A stretch of 64,000 nt of DNA from Thermoanaerobaculia bacterium (GTDB lineage: Bacteria; Acidobacteriota; Thermoanaerobaculia; UBA5066). Of the stretch, positions 1 to 11,904 are shown piece after piece. The DNA is taken from NCBI GenBank assembly GCA_044229475.1, contig JBGASW010000003.1, forward strand, positions 738,425-802,424, written 5' to 3'. The stretch's first letter is position 1. The number at the start of each line of letters is the position of its first letter. Below the pieces are notes generated by a model. It saw nothing but the letters and a program-made list of their open reading frames with translations, did not search any database and was not told the origin of the DNA. The position numbers and the translations under genes are program-made.

Positions 1-1724
<1,724 letters not shown>

Positions 1725-1800
1725 GGCTGAGTCTCTCTAGCGTGCTAGAGTGCCCCGACCCTAGGGTTCTTTTTTCTTGAGTTCCGACGAGGAGGAGCCC

Positions 1801-4605
1801 ATGCGTGGTTTCCGCCGCTTCGCCTTCGTCCTCCTGTGCGCCCTGGCCGCCTCGCGGGCCACGGGCCAGACCACGAGCAGCATCGTGGGCCGCGTCGCCG
1901 ACGACGCCGGGGTGCCGCTCCCGGGTGTCACGGTCGAGGCGACCTCGCCTGCCCTGCAGGGCTCGGGGCGGGCCGTGACGGACGCGCAGGGGCGGTACCG
2001 CCTGTCGCTTCTCCCGCCGGGCACGTACACCGTGACCTTCGCCATTTCGGGCTTCGCGTCGGAAAAGCAGACGAACGTCGTCGTGGCCCTCGGACGCGAC
2101 ACGTCCCTTTCCGCGGACCTGCACCTCGCGACGAAAGTCCAGACGTCGGTGACGAGCGAAGCCTCCGCGATCGAACTGACGTCCTCCGGCGTCGGGACGA
2201 GCCTCGACCAGCGTGCCGTCACGACCCTTCCGACGGGCCGCAACTACTCCTCGGTCGCCCAGGTCGTTCCGGGAGTTTCGTCCGATGCGAATCCTGGAAA
2301 CACGGAACAGGCCACGATCACGGTCTACGGGTCGAGCGGCGCGGAGAACTCGTTCTACATCGACGGTGTGAACACGACCGGCGCCGAATACGGCTTCCAG
2401 GGCAAGGAGCTCAACTTCGAGTTCATCCAGGCCGTGGACGTCAAGACGGGCGGCTACGAGGCCGAGTTCGGGCGCTCGACGGGCGGCATCGTGAACGTGA
2501 TCACGAAGTCCGGCGGAAACGATTTCCACGGCGACGTCTTCGGCTACTACGACGGCGACAACCTGCAGGCGAACGCGGAGCCGGTCGTCTCGAACACGAC
2601 GTCTGCGGGCTACACCCGGAAGGACTTCGGCATCGGTATCGGCGGATACATTCTCAAGGACCGGCTCTGGTTCTTCGGCGCCTACGACCGCGTCGACAAC
2701 ACGCAGGATTCGACGCTTCCGGAGGGGCCGCGGGCGGGACAGGTGGCGCGCTCGCAGAGCACGCGTGACCTCGGGTCCGGCAAGCTCACGTTCAAGGCCA
2801 GCCAGAACCAGACCGTGACGGGGACGGTCTTCCTCGATCCGCGCGACGACACCGGAGCGATCAACGACGCCACGCACTCGTTGAATGGCGACCCCCTCAC
2901 CTACGACGGGAAGAAGAGCTTTGGCGGGACCGACTACGCCCTCCGCTACGAGGGCCTTTTCGGGGCGCGGTGGCTCTTCACGCTGCAGGGCGCGCGGCAC
3001 CAGGAGAAGAACGAGGTCGGCCCGGCCTCCGCCGCGGGCGACGTCATCCAGTACCGCGACGTGCAGAACAACTTCTACCAGACCGGCGGCTTCGGCCTCA
3101 TCCAGAACAAGAGCTTCACGCGGGACATGCTCACGTTCTCGGCGACGGCCTTCCTCGGAGCTCACGAGGCGAAATTCGGCGTCGAATACGAGCGGGAGTC
3201 CGCCGACGTCCTGAAGCGGTATTCGGGCGGCCAGCAAGTGGACGTCTTCGCGAACCCCGAGAACCCCGCCAAGCCCGTTTACAGCCATTTCTACTGGACC
3301 ACGCCGAACGCCACGGTCGCGAACGCCCCGGTCTCGGCGCTCAACGCGAGCCCCGAGCACAAGGTCACGACGCTCTACCTTCAGGACAAGTGGACGGTCC
3401 TCCCGAACCTCACCGTGAACATCGGCCTGCGGTGGGACCGGCAGGAAATCGTCGACGCGTCGGGCGTCACGCAGATCGACCTCAAGGACGACTTCGCGCC
3501 CCGCTTCGGGTTCGCATGGGATGCGACGAAGGACGCCAAGACGAAGATCTACGGATCTTATGGACGTTATTACGAGCAGCTCTCGATGGACCTCGTGATC
3601 CGGTCGTTCTCGTACGAGCGGCAACCGCGCATCTTCAACTACAGCCCGACGTCCACGACGCCGGACCCGGCGGCAGAGGCCGACCTCGGCCAGACGTCGA
3701 ACATTCTCGGGGGCTTCACGGAACCGTCCGACCCGAACCTTCGCAACCAGTACATCCACGAGTACGTTTTCGGGGCCGAGCGCGAGGTCGCGAAGAACGT
3801 CGTCGTCGGGATCAAGGGGATCTACCGCAATTACGGCGAGGTCATCGAGGACTTCCTCTGCGCGGACGACGGGACGTACTGCATCGGGAACCCCGGCAAG
3901 GGAATCATGGAGAGGCTCTACACGCTCGACTACTCGCAAACGTTCGCGTCGCCTGAGGCGAGACGGACGTACAAAGCCGTCCAGCTCGACGTCACGAAGA
4001 GCTTCGCGGACAGCTGGTGGGGCCAGGCCTCGTACATCTATTCGAAACTCGAGGGCAATTTCGACGGCCTCTACTCACCGTTCACGAACGTCGGCGCCGA
4101 CCCGAACATCTCGGCCGCCTTCGACTATTACGACTTCTTCACCGACGGAAAGAACCTCAAGAACATCACGAACGACGGGCCGCTCTCGAACGACCGGCGC
4201 CACCAGTTCAAAGTCTCGGGCTACTACGTCTTCCCGTTCGGCCTTTCCGTCGGCGCCGCGGGGTATTACCGGTCCGGGACGCCGGTCACGCGCTACGGCT
4301 ACTCGGACGCCTACGGCCGCTACGAGTTCTTCATGACGCCGCGTGGTGCAGAGGGACGCGCGCCCGACAACTACGACCTCGACCTCCACCTCGGGTATCC
4401 GATCGCGCTCGGGCCCGTGAAGGTCAACGTCCTCCTCGACGTCTTCAACCTCTTCAACACGCAGAAGGCGATCCTTCTCGACCAGCGCTATGGTTTCCAG
4501 GAGGACGACAACTCTGCCGCGAAGCCCGTCAACAGGGATTACCTCCAGCCCGTGCTCCGGACGCCGCCGACGACGGTGCGGCTCGGCGCGCGCGTCAGCT
4601 TCTGA
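1801..4605 (+). CDS. TonB-dependent-receptor-like outer-membrane protein with carboxypeptidase-regulatory-like N-terminal domain
   Basis: ATG 1801 follows GAGGAGG. Signal peptide MRGFRRFAFVLLCALAASRATGQ. CarboxypepD_reg-like SIVGRVADDAGVPLPGVTVEA...GRYRLSLLPPGTYTV. Long beta-rich remainder ending ...RLGARVSF (aromatic terminus). Confidence 0.85.
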   Translation: MRGFRRFAFVLLCALAASRATGQTTSSIVGRVADDAGVPLPGVTVEATSPALQGSGRAVTDAQGRYRLSLLPPGTYTVTFAISGFASEKQTNVVVALGRDTSLSADLHLATKVQTSVTSEASAIELTSSGVGTSLDQRAVTTLPTGRNYSSVAQVVPGVSSDANPGNTEQATITVYGSSGAENSFYIDGVNTTGAEYGFQGKELNFEFIQAVDVKTGGYEAEFGRSTGGIVNVITKSGGNDFHGDVFGYYDGDNLQANAEPVVSNTTSAGYTRKDFGIGIGGYILKDRLWFFGAYDRVDNTQDSTLPEGPRAGQVARSQSTRDLGSGKLTFKASQNQTVTGTVFLDPRDDTGAINDATHSLNGDPLTYDGKKSFGGTDYALRYEGLFGARWLFTLQGARHQEKNEVGPASAAGDVIQYRDVQNNFYQTGGFGLIQNKSFTRDMLTFSATAFLGAHEAKFGVEYERESADVLKRYSGGQQVDVFANPENPAKPVYSHFYWTTPNATVANAPVSALNASPEHKVTTLYLQDKWTVLPNLTVNIGLRWDRQEIVDASGVTQIDLKDDFAPRFGFAWDATKDAKTKIYGSYGRYYEQLSMDLVIRSFSYERQPRIFNYSPTSTTPDPAAEADLGQTSNILGGFTEPSDPNLRNQYIHEYVFGAEREVAKNVVVGIKGIYRNYGEVIEDFLCADDGTYCIGNPGKGIMERLYTLDYSQTFASPEARRTYKAVQLDVTKSFADSWWGQASYIYSKLEGNFDGLYSPFTNVGADPNISAAFDYYDFFTDGKNLKNITNDGPLSNDRRHQFKVSGYYVFPFGLSVGAAGYYRSGTPVTRYGYSDAYGRYEFFMTPRGAEGRAPDNYDLDLHLGYPIALGPVKVNVLLDVFNLFNTQKAILLDQRYGFQEDDNSAAKPVNRDYLQPVLRTPPTTVRLGARVSF

Positions 4606-4624
4606 AGGTCATGGCGTCGTGGTT

Positions 4625-4667
4625 CCGGAGCGCGGGCGGCGACTTTGTCCCGCCTCCCGCGCTCCGG
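4625..4667. terminator. GC-rich hairpin between convergent genes (possible bidirectional terminator)
   Basis: CCGGAGCGCGGGCGG ... CCGCC(tcc)CGCGCTCCGG gives about 15 bp of stem with a 3-nt bulge and a loop of about 9 nt. There is no clear U-run. Confidence 0.5.
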
Positions 4668-4687
4668 CGTGAACCGCAGGGCGGACG

Positions 4688-5509
4688 TCAGAACGGTGTC
4701 GCGAGCTGATACGTCCCGTCGTTCGACGTGTTGTCGACCTCGACTCCGAAGCAGACGGCGTTCCGTGTCGCCGTGATGTAGATGCCGCCGTTCGTCAGGG
4801 AGCCCGTGTACGAGTACTGGGCCCACCCGTAGCCGGCGAGGGTGAAGGAGAACGGGTTTCCGATGGCGAAGTTGTTCGCATCGAAAGCCTGGAACGTGAT
4901 GGTCTGGTCGAGGCTCGAGTTGCTCGCACACCCGATGTTCGTGCGTCGCACCGAGTTGACGGAGACGCCGACGACGTAACCGGGCCGGCTCGGGATGATG
5001 GCCCCGAGGTCGTCGGCGAACTGTACGGCGGTCGTGTACCGTCCGTTGACCGTGTCCACGTATACCTGGGAATTGACGACGAACTTGAGGTTCGTGTTTC
5101 CGCTGTCCAGGTCGACCGCGCCGCCGCCGTAGTAGCCGAAGACATCCGAGAGGAAGTTGTTGAAGGTCAGCGTCTGGCCCGGGCCGATCTGGATGAACGT
5201 GTGCGAGATCTCTCCGTTCGAGACGCTGAGCCCGGCCCGGATGTTGTAGGTGGCGTTCACCGCGTTGAAGATGCTGACCTTCGTCTTGTAGACGGAGCCG
5301 AACTGGCCGTTCACGTTCGCGGAGGTCGGGAGCAGCAGGTGTGAAACGGCTCCGACGGCCTGGGCGTGCGGCGTGGCGAGCGCGTCCCTCGAGGCGGGAC
5401 GGCTCTCCTCGCCGAGAGGCCGGCGCTGTTGCTCGGCCGGCTCCGCGGCGCTTGCAACTCCCGTTGCGAGATTGAGAACGAGGGCGGCGTGAAGAAACAC
5501 GTGACGCAT
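4688..5509 (-). CDS. secreted hypothetical protein (Asn/Gly/Thr-rich, beta-type)
   Basis: ATG 5509 with AGGAGG about 7 nt upstream. Signal peptide MRHVFLHAALVLNLATGVASA. Good third-position GC. No family recognised. Confidence 0.6.
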   Translation of the reverse strand: MRHVFLHAALVLNLATGVASAAEPAEQQRRPLGEESRPASRDALATPHAQAVGAVSHLLLPTSANVNGQFGSVYKTKVSIFNAVNATYNIRAGLSVSNGEISHTFIQIGPGQTLTFNNFLSDVFGYYGGGAVDLDSGNTNLKFVVNSQVYVDTVNGRYTTAVQFADDLGAIIPSRPGYVVGVSVNSVRRTNIGCASNSSLDQTITFQAFDANNFAIGNPFSFTLAGYGWAQYSYTGSLTNGGIYITATRNAVCFGVEVDNTSNDGTYQLATPF

Positions 5510-5658
5510 GTCTTCCTCCTGTTCGGCAAAGAGTGTCGCGGCGTTGACGGGCGGTGTGGCACAGCGATTCTCAGCCCGTGAGCGCGCCGTCCGCAAGGAC
5601 TTCCCTCTCATCCCCCGGGATGCCGCCGTCGTTGGCCCGCGGACGCTAGACTCCGCGC

Positions 5659-6591
5659 GTGCCGCCGCTCCGCCGACTGCTCGAGGTCCCGCTGCTCCTG
5701 CTGGGCGCGGCGACGGTCGTTTTCTTCCTGATCCACCTGATCCCCGGCGACCCGGCCGCCGCGATGCTCGGCGAGGGCGCGGCGCCGGCGGACGTGGCGG
5801 GCCTGCGGAAAGACCTCGGTCTCGACCGGCCGCTCCTGGGACAGTACGTGTCGTGGCTCGCCGGCGCCGTGCGCGGGGACCTCGGCTCGTCGATCCTCAC
5901 GAAGCGGAAGGTCACCCGGGAGATCCTCGCCGCCGTCCCCGCGACGGCCGAGCTCGCGCTCGCCGCGTTCCTCGGGGCGCTCCTCGTCGCGGTCCCGACG
6001 GGCGTGGCGTCGGCGCTCGCGCGCGGCAAGCCCCTGGACGGCGTCCTGCGCGCCGTGTCGCTCCTCGGCGTCTCGACCCCGAACTACGTCTCGGGGCCGC
6101 TCCTCGTCCTCGTCTTTTCGATCGGTCTCGGCCTCCTTCCCGTGTCGGGGCGCGACGGCCGCGGCGCGCTCGTCCTCCCCGCGGCCACGCTCGCGTTCGC
6201 CCTCGCGGCGCTCCTGTCCCGGATGGTGCGGGCGTGCCTCGCCGACGAGATGGACCGCCCGTACGTCGCGGCCGCGATCGCGCGCGGCGAGCGCCCGCTC
6301 CGCGCGATCCTCCGCCACGCGGGGCGCAACGCGCTCCCGCCCGTGCTCGTCGTCGCGGGCCTGCAGTTCGGCTCGCTCCTGACGGGCGCCGTCGTGACGG
6401 AGACGATCTTCTCGTGGCCCGGGGTCGGACGCCTTCTCGTCCAGTCGATCCAGCGCCGCGACTACCCGCTCGTGCAGGGCTGCGTCCTGTTCATTGCCGT
6501 GACGTTCATCCTCGTGAACGCGAGTGTGGACGCGCTCGCCGCGGCGCTCGACCCGCGCGCCCGCGCCCGCGCGGCGGGGGAGAGCACGTGA
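5659..6591 (+). CDS. ABC transporter permease, DppB/OppB-like
   Basis: N-terminus LLGAATVVFFLIHLIPGDPAAAMLG plus a 6-TM layout typical of peptide/nickel ABC permeases. Confidence 0.85.
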   Translation: MPPLRRLLEVPLLLLGAATVVFFLIHLIPGDPAAAMLGEGAAPADVAGLRKDLGLDRPLLGQYVSWLAGAVRGDLGSSILTKRKVTREILAAVPATAELALAAFLGALLVAVPTGVASALARGKPLDGVLRAVSLLGVSTPNYVSGPLLVLVFSIGLGLLPVSGRDGRGALVLPAATLAFALAALLSRMVRACLADEMDRPYVAAAIARGERPLRAILRHAGRNALPPVLVVAGLQFGSLLTGAVVTETIFSWPGVGRLLVQSIQRRDYPLVQGCVLFIAVTFILVNASVDALAAALDPRARARAAGEST

Positions 6592-7394
6592 GGCCGTCCG
6601 CGAAGGTCGCGGCCGCCGTCCTCGGCCTCGCGATCCTGGCGGCCCTGCTCGCACCGCTCCTCCCTTCCGCGCCGGCGACGCGGATCGACCTGACCCGGCG
6701 GCTCGTCCCGCCGGCGTCCGCACCGCCACTCGGGACCGACGAGCTCGGGCGCGACCTCTTCTCGCGACTCCTGCGCGGCGCGACGGTGTCCCTCGGCGTC
6801 GCGGGCGCGGCCGTCCTCGCCTCGGCGGCGATGGGCTCCACCCTCGGGCTCGTCGCGGGCGAGCGCGGCGGCGCCTGGGACGCGGCGCTCGGGCGGCTCG
6901 TGGACCTCGTCCTCGCGTTCCCCGGCCTCCTCCTCGCCGTCGCGCTCGCGGCGGTGCTCGGGCCGTCCGCGAAGAACACCGTCGTTGCGCTCGCGGCGGT
7001 CGGGTGGGTTCCGTACGCCCGCCTCGCGCGCACGGAGGCGCGACGCCTGTCCACGAGGGACTTCGTCGCTGCGGCGCGCGCCGCCGGCGCGTCGCGGGTG
7101 CGCCTCCTCGCCGTCCACGTCCTCCCGAACGTCGCGTCGCCTCTCCTCGTACAGGCGACGCTCCACCTCGCGGCGGCCGTTCTCGCGGAGTCCGCGCTCT
7201 CGTTCCTCGGCCTCGGCGTCCCGCCGCCCGCGCCGTCCTGGGGCGCGATGCTGGCGGGCGGGCGCACGCACGTCCTCGACGCCCCGCATGTCGTCCTCGC
7301 CCCCGCGGCCGCGATTCTCGTCGTGGTTCTCGGGACGAACGTCCTCGGCGACGCCCTCGTGGACCGCCTCGACCCGGCACGCCGCCCCGCGTGA
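6588..7394 (+). CDS. ABC transporter permease, DppC/OppC-like
   Basis: GTG 6588 overlaps the upstream stop (GTGA). LGTDELGRDLFSRLL motif and binding-protein-dependent transport core. Confidence 0.85.
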   Translation: MRPSAKVAAAVLGLAILAALLAPLLPSAPATRIDLTRRLVPPASAPPLGTDELGRDLFSRLLRGATVSLGVAGAAVLASAAMGSTLGLVAGERGGAWDAALGRLVDLVLAFPGLLLAVALAAVLGPSAKNTVVALAAVGWVPYARLARTEARRLSTRDFVAAARAAGASRVRLLAVHVLPNVASPLLVQATLHLAAAVLAESALSFLGLGVPPPAPSWGAMLAGGRTHVLDAPHVVLAPAAAILVVVLGTNVLGDALVDRLDPARRPA

Positions 7395-9460
7395 GCGCCG
7401 GCCCCCCCGCCCGCCTCGGCCGGGCCGGCGCACTCGGCCTCGCGATCCTCGCGATCCTGCCGTTCTTGAACGGACTGCCCGCAGACTTCACGTACGACGA
7501 CAAGCTCATCATCTCGGGCAACGACCGCATCGCCTCGCCGTCGAAGGTCGGCGAAGTCTTCACGACGCAATACTTCGGCGGGTCGCTCGCCTCGGCCCAG
7601 AACTACCGGCCGGTCCTTCTTCTGACGTACGGCGTCCAGCGCTGGATCCACGGGAATCGCGCGTGGCTCTTCCGCGCGGTGAACATCGCCCTCCACGCGG
7701 CGGTGACCGTGTTCTTCGCAGCCTGGCTCGTCGAGCTGGGTTTCGCCTCACGGGCCGCGATCGCCGCGGGGGCGCTGTTCGCCGTGTTCACGATCCACGT
7801 CGAGGCCGTGACGTCCCTCGTCGGGCGGGCCGAGCTGCTCGCGGCGCTGGCCGTCTTCGCCGTCGCGCGCCTCTGGCTCCGGGCGACGGCGGGCCCGCGG
7901 CTCCGGGCCGGGCCGTACGCGGGGACTCTCGGCGTCTTCCTGCTCTCCGTCTTCGTCAAGGAGAACGCGATCGTGGCGCCGGGCGTCGTCCTCCTCGGCG
8001 AGCTCTTCCGCGGCGGCCGCGGGCGCTCGCCGCGCGAGGCGTGGGCGGCGCTCCCGCGTTCCGCGCGGTGGGCGCTGACGGGGTTCCTCGGCCCGATCGT
8101 CGTTCTCTTCGCCGTGCGCGTGATCGTGATCCACGGCTTTCTCGTCTCGCGCGAGGCGGGGATCTTCGACCTCGAGAACCCTCTCGTCGCGATGAAGCCC
8201 GCGCTCCGTGTCGCGAACGCTCTCACCCTGGCCGGGCTCTACGCGCTGAAGACGTTCGCGCCGGTGCGCCTGGCGGCGGATCACTCGGCATACGCCCTGA
8301 CGCTCGCCGCGGATCTGGCCGAGTGGCGCGCGTGGGCGGGCGTCGCCTTCGTGGTCGCCCTCCTCGTCCTCGCGCTCGCGTTCTGGCGCCGCCGGCCGCT
8401 CGCCGCGCTCGGGATCGCTCTCTTCGGCGGGTCTCTGTTCCCCGTCTCGAACGTCCCGTTCGTGATCGGGACGATCTGGGCCGAGCGCCTCGCGTACCTT
8501 CCGTCCGCCGGCCTGGCGGCGCTCGCCGTGGGCATCGTCGCAGGCCTCGCCCTCGAGGTGCCGCGGCCGTCGCGCTTTCCGTGGCGCGAGGCCCTCCTCG
8601 CCGCGGCGGTGCTCGCGTACGGCGTGGCGGCGGCGGTCCGGAATCTGGCCTGGGCGGACGACCGGACGCTGTACCGCGACATGGTCGCGAAGAACCCGAA
8701 CTCGGCGAAGGCCCACTACAACGTCGCGTGGGAGGCGCAGCTCCGCGGCGACCGCGAGACGACGATCCGCCACCTCACGCGCGCCATCGAGATCTTTCCA
8801 CGCTATTACGACGCCTGGGCGCTCCTCGGGAAACAGCGCTGGGACGAGAAGAAGTGGGACGAGGCGATCGGCTGCTACCAGCGCTCGATCCAGATTTTCT
8901 CCACGTACGAGAACGGGCACTGGGGCCTCGCGAAGGTCTACGAGGCGGCCGGGCGCCTCGAGGAGGCCGGGCGCGAGTTCGAGGAGGGAGCACGCCTCCT
9001 GCCGGACTCGTACCCCATCGCCTACCACCGGGCGGCGTTCCTCGAGGCGCGCGGAAAGCTCGTCGAGGCCGAGGACGCCTGGGACGACGCCGTGGAGAAC
9101 GGCGACGGCGCTGCGTCCGTCCGGCTCGCGCACGCCCGCGTCCTCGTGAAGCTGGGCCGCGAGTCCGAGGCATGGGACGAGGCGCGGTGGGCGCTCGTCA
9201 ACGCCCCGTCGAACGTCGACGCGCGCCGTTTCCTCGCCGAGCGATACGAGGCGTCGGGCCGCACCCTGGCCGCCGGCGCCGAGCGCGCGCGCGCCGTGCG
9301 CTCGAACCCCGCGGACGAGGCGTCGGCGGCAGACCTCCTCGAGTACGCCCTGCGCGAGCCGTCTGCACGCGTGCGCGCGCGGATGCTCGTGCCCGAGATC
9401 CGCGCGGCCGTGCCGAAGCCCGGGCCGCGCCTCGCGAAGGCGCTCGCGGACTTCGGCTGA
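7391..9460 (+). CDS. polytopic membrane protein, GT-C (PMT/TMTC-like) N-terminal domain plus C-terminal TPR repeats
   Basis: GTG 7391 overlaps the upstream stop (GTGA). First-loop FTYDDKLIISGND motif as in TMTC/PMT-type GT-C enzymes. About 10 TM segments, then TPR-like repeats (AHYNVAWEA..., YYDAWALLG...). Confidence 0.75.
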   Translation: MSAGPPARLGRAGALGLAILAILPFLNGLPADFTYDDKLIISGNDRIASPSKVGEVFTTQYFGGSLASAQNYRPVLLLTYGVQRWIHGNRAWLFRAVNIALHAAVTVFFAAWLVELGFASRAAIAAGALFAVFTIHVEAVTSLVGRAELLAALAVFAVARLWLRATAGPRLRAGPYAGTLGVFLLSVFVKENAIVAPGVVLLGELFRGGRGRSPREAWAALPRSARWALTGFLGPIVVLFAVRVIVIHGFLVSREAGIFDLENPLVAMKPALRVANALTLAGLYALKTFAPVRLAADHSAYALTLAADLAEWRAWAGVAFVVALLVLALAFWRRRPLAALGIALFGGSLFPVSNVPFVIGTIWAERLAYLPSAGLAALAVGIVAGLALEVPRPSRFPWREALLAAAVLAYGVAAAVRNLAWADDRTLYRDMVAKNPNSAKAHYNVAWEAQLRGDRETTIRHLTRAIEIFPRYYDAWALLGKQRWDEKKWDEAIGCYQRSIQIFSTYENGHWGLAKVYEAAGRLEEAGREFEEGARLLPDSYPIAYHRAAFLEARGKLVEAEDAWDDAVENGDGAASVRLAHARVLVKLGRESEAWDEARWALVNAPSNVDARRFLAERYEASGRTLAAGAERARAVRSNPADEASAADLLEYALREPSARVRARMLVPEIRAAVPKPGPRLAKALADFG

Positions 9461-9461
9461 T

Positions 9462-11858
9462 TCAGCGCGGCTTCGGGATCGCGAGGTGCCGGACGACCGC
9501 GGTGAAACGCGGATCGCTTCGCAGCGGGTCGAACCCCGGCTCGACCCCGAGGTACGCGAGGCGGCCGTCGCCGGCTGCGGCAGATTTCTCGAGCCAGTCG
9601 AGCGATTCCTCCCGCTTCTTCTGCCCGAGTGTCAGGATCGCGTACGGGAACCCGCCCACGTAGCGCTCTTTCTTGAGGGCGTCGAGGTCGCGGCGGGCGG
9701 CGTCGGCGTCCGCGGGCCGGCCGGCGAGCGCGCTCGCGTAGCCCCAGAAAGCGATCGGCTCCGGCACGGCGCGCTCGATCTCGCGCGCCTTGCCCAGTTC
9801 CACGAGGGCCTCGTCGTAGCGTTTCTGCGCAAGGAGCGGGAGGGAGGCCCAGAGCCGCGGGAGGAAGGCGTGCGGGTCCAGCTCGATCGCGCGACGGATC
9901 TCCTTCTCGCCGCCCGCCATGTCTCCGCCGAAGTAGCGCGCGAGCCCGACGTCCGCCTGGATTACCGCGCTGAGGGGATCGAGCGTCCGGGCGCGCAGGA
10001 TCTCGGCGAGCGCCTCGTCGGGGCGGCCCGCCGCCGAGAGGAAATTCGAGTACCACTGGTGCGCCTCGGCGTCGCTCGGGTTGAGGGCGATCGCTTTCCG
10101 GAACTCCTCCTCCGCGCCCGGCCAGTCGTGGTCGGTGAGGTACCGGATGTCCGCGAGGATCGCGTGCGGGCCCGAGAGCGTCGGGTCGAGGGCGGCGGCC
10201 TTCGCCGCGACCTCGCGCTCCTTCGGGACGAGTTCGGCGGGCTCGGCGTAGCTGTAGTACGCGAGGAGGTGGTACACCTCCGCCATGCCGCACCACGCGT
10301 CGGCCTCGCGCGGCTCGAGGAGAGCCGCGTCCTGGAAGTACCCGAGCGCCTTGAAGATTCCTTCCTCCGTGCGCCTCTTCAGGAAGAACCGCCCGCGCTG
10401 GACGCGGTCCCACGCTTCCGGGTTTTCGTGGCGCCGGCCCGCGACGTTCTTTTCCTCTTCGGCCGTCAGCGCGGGCCTGAGGGTGCGCGCGATGCCCGGG
10501 GCGAGGTCCGCGGCTGCCGGGACCGGATCGCCCGCGCGGTCCGTCACGATCTTGTGCCAGAGGCGCGCCCCGGTCGCGACGTCGACGAGCTCGGCGTCGA
10601 CGTGCAGATCGGCGCCCTGCCGCTTCACGCGGCCCACGAGGACCGTGCGCGCATGGAGAAAGCGGCCGGCCTTGCGCGGGTCGTGCCGGTCCGGCACCAG
10701 GTAGACGGTCGACCGCGCGAGGACGGAGAGCCCGGGGGTCTTCGAGAGCGCGTCGATCAGCGAATCGGTCACGCCCTCGGAGAGGTACTCGTGCGCCGAG
10801 TCGCCGGTTTCGTTCGTGAAGGGGAGGACGGCGAGGACGTTGCCCGCGGGTCCGGCGCCGCGGAAGAAAAGCATCCACGCGGCGGCGGCGAGGACCGAGG
10901 CGAAAAGGGCTCCGCCGGCCGCCACCGAGGCGGCCCGCCGCTTCGGGCTGGCGTTCGCCGCCGAAGCGATGACCTCGGTCTCGTCCGTCGCCGACACGAA
11001 CTCGTGCCCGCCGCCCGAGCCCGTGAAAGGGATCTTCAGCGCGAACGCCAGGTCGGCCGCCGTCTGGAACCGGCGGTCCGGCCGCTTCTCGAGGCATCGG
11101 AGGATCAGGCGGCGCAGCTCGGGAGGGAGACCGGTGACGAGGTCGGCCGGATCGCGCGGCTCGCCGCGCAGCGTCGCGACGAGCGCCTCGGGGGGCGTGT
11201 CGCCCGGGAACGTGCGACGCCCCGTGACCATCTCGTAGAGGACGCATCCGAGCGAGAAGATGTCGCTGCGCGCGTCGGCGGCCTCGCGCCGGATCTGCTC
11301 GGGGGAAAGGTACCCGGCGGTCCCGACGATCGCGTGAGGCTCCGTCACGTCGCGCGCGCCCAGCGAGAGGCTCGTCGAATCGTCGAGCGTCGCGATTCCG
11401 AAGTCGAGGATCTTCACGCGCCCGTCGGACGTGAGGAACACGTTCGAGGGCTTGATGTCGCGGTGGACGACGCCGCGGGCGTGGGCCGCTTCGAGGCCCT
11501 CCGCGAGCGCGAGCGCGACCTCGACGGCCCGCCTCCAGGGCAGTGCGCCCTCGTCCAGCCGCGCCTTGAGCGTCTGGCCTTCGAGGAGCTCCGTCACGGC
11601 CCAGGCGATCCCGCCCTCGGAGCCGACGTCGTGGATGTCGAGAATGTTCGGGTGCGAGAGAGCCGCCACGGCGCGGGCCTCGCGGTCGAACCGCGTGCGA
11701 GCGACGGGGTCGGACGCCAGCGAGTCCGGCAGGACCTTGATCGCGACCTCGCGCTTCAGGCGGGTGTCGCGCGCGCGCCAGACTTCGCCCATTCCCCCCG
11801 AGCCGAGCGGCGCGAGGATCTCGTACGCACCGAGGCGATCGCCTGCGTGGAGCGTCAC
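9462..11858 (-). CDS. Ser/Thr protein kinase with TM segment and C-terminal TPR region
   Basis: GSGGMGEVW, AIKVL, HRDIKPSN, DFG and SPE motifs. TM AAGGALFASVLAAAAWMLFF. TPR-like C-terminus. Confidence 0.9.
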   Translation of the reverse strand: MTLHAGDRLGAYEILAPLGSGGMGEVWRARDTRLKREVAIKVLPDSLASDPVARTRFDREARAVAALSHPNILDIHDVGSEGGIAWAVTELLEGQTLKARLDEGALPWRRAVEVALALAEGLEAAHARGVVHRDIKPSNVFLTSDGRVKILDFGIATLDDSTSLSLGARDVTEPHAIVGTAGYLSPEQIRREAADARSDIFSLGCVLYEMVTGRRTFPGDTPPEALVATLRGEPRDPADLVTGLPPELRRLILRCLEKRPDRRFQTAADLAFALKIPFTGSGGGHEFVSATDETEVIASAANASPKRRAASVAAGGALFASVLAAAAWMLFFRGAGPAGNVLAVLPFTNETGDSAHEYLSEGVTDSLIDALSKTPGLSVLARSTVYLVPDRHDPRKAGRFLHARTVLVGRVKRQGADLHVDAELVDVATGARLWHKIVTDRAGDPVPAAADLAPGIARTLRPALTAEEEKNVAGRRHENPEAWDRVQRGRFFLKRRTEEGIFKALGYFQDAALLEPREADAWCGMAEVYHLLAYYSYAEPAELVPKEREVAAKAAALDPTLSGPHAILADIRYLTDHDWPGAEEEFRKAIALNPSDAEAHQWYSNFLSAAGRPDEALAEILRARTLDPLSAVIQADVGLARYFGGDMAGGEKEIRRAIELDPHAFLPRLWASLPLLAQKRYDEALVELGKAREIERAVPEPIAFWGYASALAGRPADADAARRDLDALKKERYVGGFPYAILTLGQKKREESLDWLEKSAAAGDGRLAYLGVEPGFDPLRSDPRFTAVVRHLAIPKPR

Positions 11859-11904
11859 GTGACCGTGCCGATTCTAGGCGCGCGCCCCCGGGACGCACAA
11901 TTTG

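Noticed and set aside
1725-1800. Intrinsic terminator after the bEBP gene (CTCTAG-CGTG-CTAGAG, CCCTAGGG, TTCTTTTTTC).
   Set aside because: The stems are only 4-6 bp and the T-run is not directly adjacent to a convincing stem. Not reported as a feature.
5557-5572. TGGCACAGCGATTCTC upstream of the permease operon as a sigma-54 promoter.
   Set aside because: Spacing is right, but the -12 reads TTCT instead of TTGC, losing the conserved GC. It is kept only as a weak possibility.
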